The position numbers were made by a program, and so were the translations under genes. Shown here piece after piece: positions 14,197-26,971 of a stretch of 64,000 bases of DNA; position 1 is the stretch's first letter, and every line of letters begins with the position of its first letter. The DNA is from Tricharina praecox (Eukaryota). Below the pieces are notes generated by a model that saw nothing but the letters and a program-made list of their open reading frames with translations, was not told where the DNA came from and did no database searches. The DNA is taken from assembly GCF_024521635.1 (NCBI RefSeq), contig NW_026250415.1, positions 434,001-498,000 of the forward strand. The letters run 5' to 3'.

Positions 14197-14592
14197 TCAA
14201 GACTCGGAGAAGCCCTTCGGTGCCGCCTGCTCCTTCTCCTTTTCGTCCTTGCCCATGATGTAGGCGTACTGAGCGTGCTTTTGGTCCTCGCGATTGTAGC
14301 TCTCGCGCCGCTGGTGGAACTTCTTCTGGAGATCCTTGAGCTCGGCGGTCGGAGCTTCGCCGGACGCACGCCTCAAGTGGTGGGCGAGATCGCTTTCGTA
14401 GTGGTGAGATGACCGACGGGTGTGCGCGAGCGGCAGGGCTCGCTCGGTAGTAGTGCTCGTGTTGGAGTCCTTAGCTCCGCCCGATTCGATGCTGGCGGCC
14501 GAGGCCAGTGTGGAGGGCGAGACCATGGGGTACGTCTTGGTCTGGGTCTGGGGCTGCTGCTGCTGCTCCGTAGACGATTTGGTCGAGTCCAT
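14197..14592 (-). CDS. Small hydrophilic hypothetical protein (131 aa) with three RRxS motifs
   Basis: ATG in good context (ATCATGG), intronless ORF with coding-like codon usage, RRSS/RRAS/RRES motifs, C-terminus ...KGFSES. Confidence 0.6.
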   Translation of the reverse strand: MDSTKSSTEQQQQPQTQTKTYPMVSPSTLASAASIESGGAKDSNTSTTTERALPLAHTRRSSHHYESDLAHHLRRASGEAPTAELKDLQKKFHQRRESYNREDQKHAQYAYIMGKDEKEKEQAAPKGFSES

Positions 14593-17500
14593 GATGCTCG
14601 GTGATTGGTCTCGGTGTGTCTTGATGTGTCTTTTCTTTCCCGGTATTTCTTTTTTGTCTCTCTCTCTCTTGTTTTTTTAAATCGCCTGCGGATTTGTTCC
14701 CCGCAAAGTCAGCCCAGTCCGTCCCAACTCCACAGGAATGAGGGGGGCCAGGTCGCAAATAATAATAATTGCCCATCATCGGGTTAATGTGATACGTACG
14801 ATTGGAGGTGTTCTTCGATATCGAGTTGCTATCGTGAAATGGGGGGGTGGAGGGGGGGTTTGAGGTTTGTGGTTTGGTGGTTGAAGCGGGAATGGGTGAG
14901 GAGCAAAAGCGGGGACGAACTCAAGGCGAGATGATAGCAAAAGTGGTGGCGGCGATCAATCTGGTGATTGTCCTGGGTCCCCTCTGCCCCGCCCGATTCC
15001 CTGCGCTGCGTGCGGTGGTCGATCACCAATCGGGGAACCCTGTTCTGCATCGAGTTTCTCCTGTGGTTGGTACGAATCGGGCGCGAGGCGCACAGGGGAG
15101 GGGAGCGAGGGAGGACGAGAATCAACCGCCGATCTCTACCGGTAGCCACCCCCCGATATGTGGATTGTTGTATCGTACTCTAGATAGGTATCCCAAGTGG
15201 CTCAGTCACTGAGCCACCCGCCCTATTACGCCACCACCAACACTTCGGAGATTACGCAGAACACGGTTACCCCCTTCGAGCGCAGACGGCAGTCTCGGGG
15301 CGCAAGGAGACAACTTACCGAACGGGGTCAATGCGCCGTCTCGCCCGCCAGCCTGCCGCCGGATCTCCCACCCAACTAAATATCTCGGGGCGTTTTCGAG
15401 CAGGATCCTACTTGTACCTATCCGACTTCGCTGCTACCATCCACCCTTCAGTCGCCAAGCAAGCAAGTTCAGGTTCTCCGCTCTCATAAACCGCTCCCAA
15501 TCCACTCACTCTCCCGGTTCACGCGTTTTCGGCCAATACTTCCGTTCCCCCATGATGCGCCATCTCCGATGCTAGCAGGGCAAATCCTCCGCGCCCCCGT
15601 CGACTAAAGCGGTAGTGGCCTCTCATAATCGCTCACTCGCGATTTTCCCACCAAAAGCTGGCCGCCCACCCGAACGCCGGTTTACGCACGTTTTTTTCCG
15701 CCGCTTCCGAGCGCTATGGCGCGCGCGCGCTCTCCAGTGGGTGTATCTCGTTCTCGCTGACCCATGATTCACCGAACTAAGACATTGTTTTAGGTCCGTG
15801 ATGCGATAAGAAACCTCCACCAGAGAAGTGAGAGAGAGCGATGGGCGGGAGGCGCGGGGGGGAGGGAGAGGCATCCTCACCTTGCTGATACCCGCCCTAA
15901 AGCAAGCGCAAACCAAAAGTCGAGCGGGGGGAGGGGGGCGGGGCGGGAGGGTGGACGGAAGCGAGGGGAATCATCCCCAAGATGGTGGTTTTGAGGGGTA
16001 CATCCCTCCATAGCCAGCTGAAGTCACTTGCGCATCATGGGGCCTATCGACTTTGGGTATGATGTAGGTTTGTTGGATGGATGGATGGATGGGGAGAGTC
16101 CACAGACCGATCACCGATTGTTCAGCCTTTCACCACACACCACCGCATGAACTGGCGGACCAACGACCCCTCCTTCAAACGATAGCGGCAACACGACTCA
16201 CCGCTTTCGGATAACCAACATTAGAAAATGGGATCCTGGAGTTCGGGGAAAACGGTCTAGATCGTCCTGTCGGTTCGAACCGGGCTGCTCGTCCACAAAC
16301 AGTCGCCTGGTCTGGCTGGATGGCTGGATGGATGGATGGGTGGCCGATGACCGGACAGGCTGCTCGCACAGACTGTTTTGCGACAACCAACAGTGTTGGC
16401 TATCATCGATATTTGTCAAAGGCATCATGGGAAAAGCAGTGTTATCCATACACGCACGAACAACTATTCCATAAAAAAGAACAAGAAGAAAAAGAAAAGC
16501 TTGTCTGCGTCTGTTCCACTGGAGGAACGGTTTGGAATTAGAAGTCATCCGATATCCAGCTTCATGCGCCACTGCAATTGGTGATAGCGCCATCATAAGA
16601 CCTGGTGTCTCAGAGAGTCCGACTTTGTCTGGTTAGCGGGGAAACCTACGTGTACTTTTTCCACCGGGGTTTGCTGGGTCTTTCGAAGTTCCGGCTGGGT
16701 TCACCATCCTACCAATTGGATCGACATTCTGGCAAAGTGCTGACTTTGCATCACGAAGTTCTGAGTGCCCCCTCCCGAAGAGGGATCAGCTGGTTCCCGT
16801 TCCGAAGTACCGACCGTCGTCCAGCGGAAGACTGCCTACTTGCTCGCTATAGCGACGGAACCGCGGGATTTTCGCAGCCCCACCCATGATCCTCTCTCTG
16901 CTTACCTTACCTGCAGCCAGGTTGGTGGTTTCGAAGTTGCTCGTACGGAATAAGTATTACGAAGGAAGTGCATACATTCCTGGGTAAGTATGCCCTCCCC
17001 TCCCATGGGCTTGACTTTAATCTACTGCATGAATTCAGTTGGGGAAGGACCTCCGACATCGACGTTGCCGTTTGGAAACCCTCCAGCAGATCATAGCCCC
17101 GCATTGTACGGGTTGGTACTCCCTTCCAAAAACCGCTCACACAAGGGGACTGGTATGGCTCATTGCCCCCCCCCCCCCCCTTCCTCCGTTTAACCATTGG
17201 CACCGGCACTTTGGGCCTCTCTCTACACATTGGGCTGGTTGAGTCCACTCCGCTGCCTGCATGCAGCGTGCAGAAGTTCTCTTAGAGGCACATAGACACC
17301 TGGGGTTCCCGTTGTGGATGCAGCCGTTTGTGCTTGCTTGGTGTTTGATGGATGGATGGATAATGACATGCTGAATGAGAAACAAGGCAGTGGAGGGGTC
17401 ACAAACCAACCAGCATGGAGATGCATCAACTCCACCTTAGCAGGCTCCACCACCACCACAACTACTCGACGGTAGCTCGCAGGCTTGCATCCATCCCCCT

Positions 17501-20500
17501 GAGTGACTTAGAACGCCTCCGATCTGGCACACCGCTACTACTATAAGTCAAGTCTTTCGATGATTCGACGGTGCATGTCTGCCGCTCCGATACGGTGGTG
17601 GATCACAATTCGTGAAAATCAGCCATGACATTTATGACCGAGGGCCCGTCGGTTTGTCAAGACTCGACTCTAGCATCTGCCTTGCTTTTGCTTGGCCACA
17701 CTGTACTGTACGTTACATATGTACACATGTAAGAGCCATCGTATCAGGCGGATGAATGAGGCCGAGGGGGTGGGGCGTCGTCGTTGGTGATAGTGATCGA
17801 TCAGTATGATACGATAGTAGCCACTAAGCATCGATGGGATGATAAAGCCATCTGCATACTACTACCCATCCGCCGCAAGTATTTGGAATTAGACTGGGCG
17901 CCCAGTGGCCTATGTACGTCCGCCTTCGAATATCTTGAACGAGGTGGTGGTGGTGGTGGGTGCGCCCACTTTTCAAGTTCTCCGCATCATGCATTGGTAT
18001 GTCTTGGGGACGACGAGTCCGACGATGGGGCGATGGATGGGTTGGTAGTTAGCTGGCAAGCTGTGGCAGTTGACAAGTACAGTAGTTATTTGTTTCCCGC
18101 ACACACAGTCAACGCTGCCTGCTGTTCCAGAATCGACATCTGACACCCTTAGCACATGAGGTATGTACCTAGTCGACTCCCCAGTTCTTCTGCGGCTTCC
18201 CGTGACATATACGCCGCTCCACCCACACATCCCACACATCCTGCTCGAGCATCTACCGTGAGACAGGCTGTTCCTAGACGATGCTGCATTCCCTCCCCCC
18301 TCGCTCCTCCGCTTCCTTCTCATCCTCCTCATACCATTCGGTGAGTGCATGACCGACCGCCCCCTGGGCCCTCCTCCTCCAAGCTCGAGCAACCGCACTA
18401 TAGCAAACAAAGGCTTTCGGTTGGCTGGAACATGAAGGAAGTGTAGTTGCAGAATTCAGTTGATCTGCAAACCATCGTGTCTTCCGGTCGGTTCATAGGC
18501 AGGTCGTAATGGGAAGAGCAGGGCGGAACAGGATCCGGCCCTTCCAGGCGGGAAGCAGTTGCAGTTAGTGGCAGTGGCAGTAGCAATGGTGGCAGGCAGG
18601 CATGGCAGTAGGGCTTCCAAGTTCCTTCACTATTCATCACTCATTGGGTTCGCCCCCTCCACGGAAATGAAGCCAGCGCGAATCCGGCGAATCCGTCGAT
18701 TCGGCAGGATGGGGTGCGGAGGAAAAATTAATTTTGAGTGCTGATGACCATGGTTTCGATTGGATATGTACGGTAGTTACTCGTCAGTCGTTCCTTCCAG
18801 AATATCGTCGTTCAGCCGGTACGGTACCATCGGTACCGACGATGAGGGATGGGATTGGTTGGTTAGCTGGTTGGGGCGGTGATCGCGGGAAGGTGGTACA
18901 TGCATAAGTTACATACGCATCACGACACACGTCCTCGTCCTCCTCCCTCTCCCCTTAACAAACCATCATCGCCACATCCTGATGATTGCGCTTTGGTCCT
19001 TGAGTCGCTCTCCCCGAGAAGACGGCAGATGCAACGTCAGACAGAATGCGGACCGAATAGTTATTTCCGACTGAATCCTTCACAAAAAAGAACCTCCTAT
19101 CTTTTTGAGATCTCACTTTTTTTTTGCGAACATGTGCGAGCACGAGGCTTGGGTTGCTGGGTTGCTGGGTGCCGGGTGCCAGGTGCCAGTGGCGATCACT
19201 CGCTCGTCGTCGTGTGCGCTCCACAAACAAAACGGTGACACCAGAACGACCGCAGTAGAGTTGAGAGTAACTACCGTAGAGTAGCTGGGTTCGGTGACGC
19301 CTCTCAGGGAATATTAGCGCCGGACCGTCGACGAGGTCGCTCGCGTCGCCTCGTTAGCTGGTTTAAGCACTCACCCGGCCCCCCGCTCGCGCATAATTTC
19401 CCACGCCAAGTACATACCAGACCTAGAGTATCTAGGCAGGCAACGAAAGTGTGGAAACTCTGCTCTGCTCTGGAGTTCGCTCTGCTCCACACACGTACAT
19501 TACGCGGCCGGGGGGCGGGGCTGAACCGAACCGAACACACCCACAGCCCGCCCGCCGGGTTTCCGTGCGTATGGGGTAGGTATGGTACGGTATGGATCTT
19601 TGCTTACCGGCGCTCGCTGCTACTGCTGCTGCTGCTGGGACCTCCCCCACCCCCCAGTGAGTCCGAGGCAGGCAGGCAGGCCGCAGGCGTGTTACACGAG
19701 CCCCGTCCCCCGTCCCCCCACTCGCCATCGTGACGGGAAAAAAAAACTCGGCCGGCTGCTGCTGGTCGACACGCGGTGCGAGCGTGCGTACGTGTGAGCG
19801 GAGGCGAAAGAATGGCCCATGGGGCGACGTCCACCCCGACCCCGGCCGACGCGCACGGGCGCGCGCGGGCGCGGCGATAATGATGTGAATGCAGGTAGTG
19901 TAGGTCGATCGCTACTAGAGTATGTACACTACAAACCTTGTACATACTCATGTACCTTGGTAGGTAGGTAGCTGTCGAGTAAGAGGCAGTGATGTGATGC
20001 GACCCTGATGCGATGCGTCTCGCCCACGGCGTGGGTTTAGGGCTGTTCAGTGTCGACGACGCCGCGCCGAACAGATACGAACGATCGATCGTTCCTTGCC
20101 GTCGTGCCGTCATTTCACGGGATATCACTCGTTGATGTCCGTCGCCGAGATGGATGTTGCGTACTCTATCAGTGTGCCGTGTGAGAAGACCGTATGCGAC
20201 GGTAAATTGGTGTTCTCTCGCTCTTGGAGTGCCCTATGCTGGTTCGCCGTGGTCGATAGTGGTAAGGCTGTATGTAGAATAAATCGATGTTCCAGGCTCT
20301 CTCGGGAGTGCCCTCGCCGGCCATCCCACATATGTACAACTAAAACAATAAACTCCCGAATTGTATGATCTCCTGTGTGTTCCCGAACGAAGGTCGAACG
20401 GCAGCATTTGTTGTGCTTGTGGGGGTGCTGAAAGTACCTACACCATTCGACGACACAAGGGGTTAGCTACCGGGAACCTAAGCCTCATCGGCGTGGGTGC

Positions 20501-21910
20501 CGTCGAAGCCGCGACCTTGCCGGATGGGGACTGTTCGAGGCGGTGGTAAAGTCCGTTAAATGGCCAGACTTTCGGAGGTCATGTGGTTGAGTATAGTATG
20601 TAGTGCCCTCTCCGTGGACCATTGCGGCCCGTTCTTCAGTGTGGTCACGCACCAGGTAGTTAGAGTATAGCTGAGGTATGTAACAAGGGTTGTTTCCCTC
20701 GCTAGGTATTAGAGCTCCGATGGTCTTGAAGTCGAACTTGATGGGTGATTTCCTACCGACGTTTTCGCCGGTTCCGAGGAGCGCAGTTTGGAAGGACTGT
20801 GGGACGTCAACACCCTACCTACATATCATCCCGTGCGATAGCTCCTTCTGGTACATACCGCTCCTTCTGAAAGGACTACCGGTTATTGTGCCGGTTTAGC
20901 CCCATTGCAAGGCCAGTTAAGGGCCGGGCCGTACTTCTCGAAGTAGTTCTGAATGCACCTGCCGCTGGATAGTGGCGGTTTGAGCGGGCTGGCCTACATA
21001 CGGCATGGAAAGAAGAGAGTATCAGCAGCGAGAAGTATTCCCCCCATTTCAGGTGGTATGTACACAGCGGTAATGTCCATATTTGAAAACCAAACTCCTT
21101 GAGAAGGGAATACCTATGCCGCCGAAGGCTGGGATAGTGAAAGTGAAGTGGTATGGCGATTTGTTAGGTGTTGTATATTGGGAGGATGGATATTTTTGTT
21201 AGTATGTAACACTTTAGTTGTACATACTGACGATAGAACTTGACAGATAGACGATACATGCAGCATCTTCAACTGGGAATACACGGTATCACTCGGTGGC
21301 ATGGATGCGCCAGAATATCTTCGTTCTGCCACGCTTTATTTTTTTCAAATGCACAGATTTAACGCGCGAGGTTCACGGTGAAGCTTCTCATCAGACATAC
21401 CTTTAGACAGCTAGGTGGAACTCCGGCGCCGAAACAGGTTAAATTTGTGAAGTTTCTCGGTTAGGCCACTGTAGGTTCTCACCAGCTTGTCGTGGCTGTA
21501 ATTGTTGTCACAGCCCAGGGAGTGAAGTATAGAACCCAAAACCTCCGTCCGGCCAAGAGTGAAAGTCTTTGGCGGAGCTGTTTTGCTGCTGGAGCCTGGC
21601 ATGCGTTAATCACGGAAGCGCACTCGTGATGCTGTATTAATCTGTGGCTGCGCAGTGTGGCTTTCACAGTTGCACTCTGTTGTGATGACGTCATAGCTTA
21701 GCGCGTTTTTAGTCTAGTTATCAGGCCGCAAAGATTGACAGCCGACTTGTCACTCCAAATCACCTCACGCGCCTCTCAACGCCACAGGGCCGCCCCTCCC
21801 ACCGCGATTCACATTGAAGCCTATTCATAAGCTTGTGTTTGTGTTTCGCTGTCGTACTGCACCACTATCCTCCCTTCTTCCACGCTTCTTATGCGGGTAC
21901 TCGTTTCCGC

Positions 21911-24900
21911 ATGAGAAATCACTCTCTGTGCTTCCCCCGGGCGTATGCCACTACGGGTTTGGCTTTCCTACATGGCCGGCGGCCGTGCTTTCCAGGTGGT
22001 AGTGCCATCTCTGCGCTGCCGCGTACTCGGCAACTAAGTGGTCATAATAAAAAGGCACAAACACCAGACGACCCAGTATGGTTCCTTCTGGCAGATGCAC
22101 ATATCGGCGTCAAGACGATGCCGCGTCTCAATACATTTTTTAGCAAGCATTTCTTTCCAGAGTTCGAGGCACAGCGGCCATCGCAAGTCCTGTTTCTGGG
22201 CGATACGTTCAATATCCGTGGAGCTACGGATCCGGCTCATCACCGGTTTTTTACTGATGTGTTGTTCCAGATCACCACGGCGAAGTGGGCACCGCTGGTT
22301 CATCTTTTGGTCGGGAATCAGTGAGTCTTTTCGTTCCGATTTCTGCTCTTGTTCTAGGTGAGTAAGTTGAGTGCTGACCAAGGGATTGCTAGTGATATGA
22401 AAAACCGCTTCAATCGACAAGACAACTCGGTGTACCCCTTCAGTCTCGCCTCAGGCAAGGTGAACGTGTACTCCGAAACCACATCAAACACATTTGATAA
22501 TGTCAAGACGGTGTTCATACCCTACCACATCGATGACAAGACTGTGCGGGAATACATTTCCTCTACGTCCTCATCCGATACAGTGGCGTTCTACCACGGC
22601 CCGGTGAACGGCGCCGTTATGAACAGTCACAAGCTGTGCGAAGACGCAGAGGTATCTCCCGGTCACCTGAAGAAGTACAAACATGTCTTCCTGGGCCATT
22701 TCCACACGCACGGCCCGGTCGGTGGGGAGAAGTCGAGAGTCGTGTACGTGGGCTCTCCGATCCAGTCGAACATGGGCGATGCGGGGGACACAGCCCGTGG
22801 ATTCATCAGCTATCGTCCACGTGCGAACTCCTGGGTCCTGCATCGGAACCCGCATGCCGAGTATTTCGTAAAGATACCGTGGAAGGGACTTGCAAATGTC
22901 GATGAAGGTCAGGTTGCGGGGAAAAAGGTACAGCTATCAGTTAAGGACGATATTCCGGCCAGTGAAATCGGCAAGGCACGAGATGCTTTGTACCAACTCG
23001 GTGCGGAAATGGTGGAGGTATGGTACAAGAAGGCACCAGTACCTAAGGCGGAGTCACAAGAGGTCCTTCCAGACGATGTTGCCATCAACCCCGAAGCAGT
23101 AGCGCTTACGGATACTGTTCATGATCTGGTCAACTCCTTCATGGATGCTCGGGCCGATGCAGGGGTCGAAGTCGACGAGGTACGAGAGGCCGAGCGGAAG
23201 GCCTTCTTCCTCGACTTCATCAAACCATATCAGCAACATTCAGCCCATGCACAGGAGGGAGCAAAAGGTGGTGTTTTTCAGGGCGACTTGGAATCCATAG
23301 AGATGTACAACTTCCGTGGGCTCAAAAATACGACCTCATTCCACCTCGATAGCATGCCTCCCTCCGAGGTGTTTTTGGTTTCTGGTGCGAATGGGTCTGG
23401 AAAGTCAACGCTCATCGACTCCATAGGTAATTCCAGTTCCGGACCCGGTATCAATGATAGGGATTAACGGGCTGCAGTGTGGTGTCTATTCGGCGAATTC
23501 GTGGCCACCCGAATTCCAGTGGAGGAGATTTCTTACAACAACGCCTCCGAATGCTACGTGCGACTACGTTTCCGCAACGGTTACACCTTCGAGCGGTCAC
23601 GGCGCGGAGGAGGGAAAATCAAGAAGGTGACATTCAAGATCTTTGGGCCGGATGGAGAGCTACAGGAACATGGACACGACGCTACAACGAGTACTAAATA
23701 CCTGGTTGACAACATCCTGCATATGGATCTATCCATGTTCAAGCAGACTGTAGTGATCGGTGATAATGCGGAGTATTTCGTGCGTGCAGCGGGAGACAAG
23801 GGGAGGACCGAGTGTTTGGATGCGATGTTTGGGCTGGATTTCTTGAGAGATATTAGAGATGAGTTGACGGAGATGTCGAAGGTATTTGCCCTTCTCGCTG
23901 GGAATACGGACGACTGCTGATTTGTTGCCCGAAATAATAGGAATTGACGCGTGAAGTGGCGGAAGCTAAAGCCACCAGCAGGGAGGTATCTCTGCAACTC
24001 GTTGAAAACCAACGGCAGTGGGACTCCCGGCAGCGCGAGATGTCTGACGAAGCCACTCGGGCAGAGACCCTAGAACGAGAAAAAACCATCCTGGCCGTAA
24101 AGCTCGAACACCTCCGTCCTCAAAGGCTTCAACTCGACGAGGTCATTGCCCAGAAGCGAGCATTGCTTGACGTCGTTGATAGCGAAAAACACCATATACT
24201 TGCCATCATTGAGGGATTCTCCAACAGGAATCGGAAATATCGGGCGGCGGCGAAGGAACATGAACAGGTGCGCAAGAATCGGGATGAGTTTCTACGGAAG
24301 CAGCATGCGGATGAGAGAAAGGCGCAGGAGGCAGCGCGGAAGGCACAGGAGGCGGAGATGAGAGATGCGCAGCGGCCAGTGCGGATCTTACTCTCACTCG
24401 TTAAGAGCTTGTGGACGAGCTTAAGGGACATGCTCGGACTGCCGCCAGCTGTTGTCGAAGAAGGTAACCTACCCCAGCTGCTGGATCCATTGACTGAAGG
24501 TTAACATCGCTCCCAGAGAATTTACCAAAGACGCACAACCAGCAACCCTCCCCTCCATTCTACGACCAACATCTCCACGAGTACATCAATAAAAAGATAG
24601 AAGCCGTCGATAGTATCACCTCCACTCACCAGCGCCATCTCCAGCAGGTCCTATCCCGCTCAACTACCATGACCCAAGACCTCAAAGTCCCTCTCTCACG
24701 CGCCCAACAACTAGACCAGGAGCTCTCATCCATAGAAAGGCGCATCTCCTCCTCCTCAGGCCAGCTCCGTCTCATCGCCTCCCAGAAAGTTGGACACCTC
24801 CGTAAAATTGCCGCATTTTCAGCCCGGGACATCCAGCTGCAAGAACAGCTGTCCTCATCCAATAGAGGGCTAGAAGTGAAAGAGCACCGTCTCGACCTAG

Positions 24901-25412
24901 CCACATTCTGGAAGACGCAGCTGGCAGATACCGAGCGCAGCAAGGGCGGCTTCCTCACGCACTGTCGCAGCGGGTACGTTTCGCACATCAATTTATTGAT
25001 CCCATCGATTCTCTCGCGGCTATGCTCGGACAACGAGCAGCTTCTCTCGACCGAACAGCTTCTCTCATTCGTGCTCACGGCAGATTTCAAACTCCTACCC
25101 TCGTCAGACGCACTCTCACTCGCCCGTCGCAGCCGCGGCCAGCTGACGAGAACGTATCTTGCACTGTTTCTGGCCATGTTTGTCACCGCGAGAGCGAGGA
25201 TGCCGTTTAGACCGAACTTTATGTTTATGGATGAGATCATCGATGCGCTGGATGAAGCGGGCATGGATGGGCTCCGCGCGTGGCTGGCGGAGTATCTGAG
25301 ACAAGAGGGAGGGAGGGCCTTCTTGTTGACACATAGAGAGGTCCCTGGTGGGAGGAGTATTGAGGTTGTTAAGGAGGCTGCCGGAGGGACTGTGTATAAG
25401 TTGAAAGATTAG
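21911..25412 (+). CDS. Mre11/SbcD-type nuclease fused to Rad50/SbcC-type ABC ATPase (about 1088 aa, 5 exons)
   Basis: Exons 21911-22320, 22393-23426, 23478-23881, 23941-24463, 24517-25412; all introns GT..AG and frame-consistent. Phosphoesterase motifs DAH, GDTF, GNHD (across intron 1), FYHG, GHFH, YVGS. Then IEMYNFRG, Walker A GANGSGKST, coiled coil, signature SRGQ, Walker B FMFMDE, D-loop ALD, H-loop LLTH. Confidence 0.88.
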
Positions 25413-25834
25413 TGAGAGGCTATTCTATCGAAAACACTGTGTTTTACTGTGTGGATAGGTGAATGTTTGTCAAGCTATTTACACTACTGCTCATTTCCTA
25501 GCGTCATAAAGTCAAACGAACAGTCGGAAAATAACCTAGAAGACCCCGGCCTGCCAGGCCAGCAATCCATATCCTCAATCCCGCAGATACGTGAAGAATA
25601 TCGATGACCGACTAAAGTCGAGTGACACATCTTATCGATGAGCGCGTCGCGAAATATTATGCTTCATGCAACCTAAATCCGGTAATTTGCTTCATCTCCC
25701 TGGAATACATCATGCATCCTCTATATCCTACAAGATTGTATTATTTCGCCAGAGCCACGTTCCATGCGTGTGCTTTGACCTGCTTGCTCTATTCGACGGT
25801 TGAATACGGTAATATGGCTACCAATCATATCACA

Positions 25835-25932
25835 GCTCGGATGGTCTAGTGGTATGATTCTCGCTTAGGGTCACTCCCTAAGTACAGGAAACTGATTGCG
25901 AGAGGTCCCCGGTTCAAATCCGGGTTCGAGCC
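25835..25932 (+). tRNA. tRNA-Pro (anticodon AGG), intron about 25871-25896
   Basis: Acceptor stem GCTCGGA/TTCGAGC, D arm TGGTCTAGTGGTATGATT, anticodon stem CTCGC/GCGAG, T arm CCCGG-TTCAAAT-CCGGG, T-run downstream. Confidence 0.93.
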
Positions 25933-26971
25933 GTAACTTTTGTTCATGTCTTGACAGACATGACGGTCTTTTTTGTGGTTCTACCTAGAGCTGTTTGGTT
26001 TTCCTACTCGCGATTCAAGCCAATAATCAGGATTGACATTCGTTTGGAGGGGACCTTTACGGTTACAACGACAGCCGCCTGGGGGCACCTGTTGAGTAAT
26101 CTTCGTTGGAGAGTAGCAGCCAGACGCAACAATTATCGGGTTCAGTGTTTTCGGCATGGGATAGATGATCTACCCATGAGACTCAAGATAGAACATTTGT
26201 AGGATATTGGCTGCGAAAAACTTTAGAAATCACCGCGCTAGGTCTAGTTTTTTCCCCATCATTATTCGCATATCCGGGCTGAAGCCAACTGATTTCAAGT
26301 TTCAACGCGTTGTTTCCGTTGCATATCGAGTGATAACTATGAACGAATCACACGGCTTATGTAACCAATGGCGGGATCCCGCTCCCTCGGTGTCTAAGCG
26401 GGGTTTCTCGGGAAGGTGCCTACCCCGCATCCGCACACACCCCCGCGAAAAGGATTGTAAATTTTCGTTTGCATATTAAAACAAAGCTCCCGCTTCTAGC
26501 ACTTGTAACTGCATCGGTTGGTAACTCAATTCGTTTCAACAGAGGGTAGAAAGGCGCAATTGAGTTGGCGCAGGTTTGAGGTTGGTGTTTCGTATGGTAG
26601 ACTTCTTTACCCAAGCTTAAGCGGGAGCGGCCGACCGGGTGGACGGATTGACTGAGAATGGTGACATCACATGAATCTCGATGATACCCCCAGGCCGGCC
26701 TGAAGGAACGAGTGTTTGCGGAGAGGATGCAAAAGATAGGAACGTTAACCCGCATCCCCAGCCAAATGCGTCGGTATGAATTGTTTTTCTGACACATCAC
26801 GCAACACACCGTGATCGCCTCATTATTTGAGCGGAAGGGGCAAGCCGGGGGAGGGCACGTTGGCTTGGCGTGGAGTGAAAGATCTTCACTATCCCCAACA
26901 CCGTCTCTTTAAGCCCTGCATCTTTTCTATCCTCCTCAAACCTCCTCTCCCCACAAATCACCAACCACAAA

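Noticed and set aside
24504-24669. Apparent frameshift or stop in the Rad50 half
   Set aside because: Resolved by a 53-nt GT..AG intron (24464-24516) that restores the frame.
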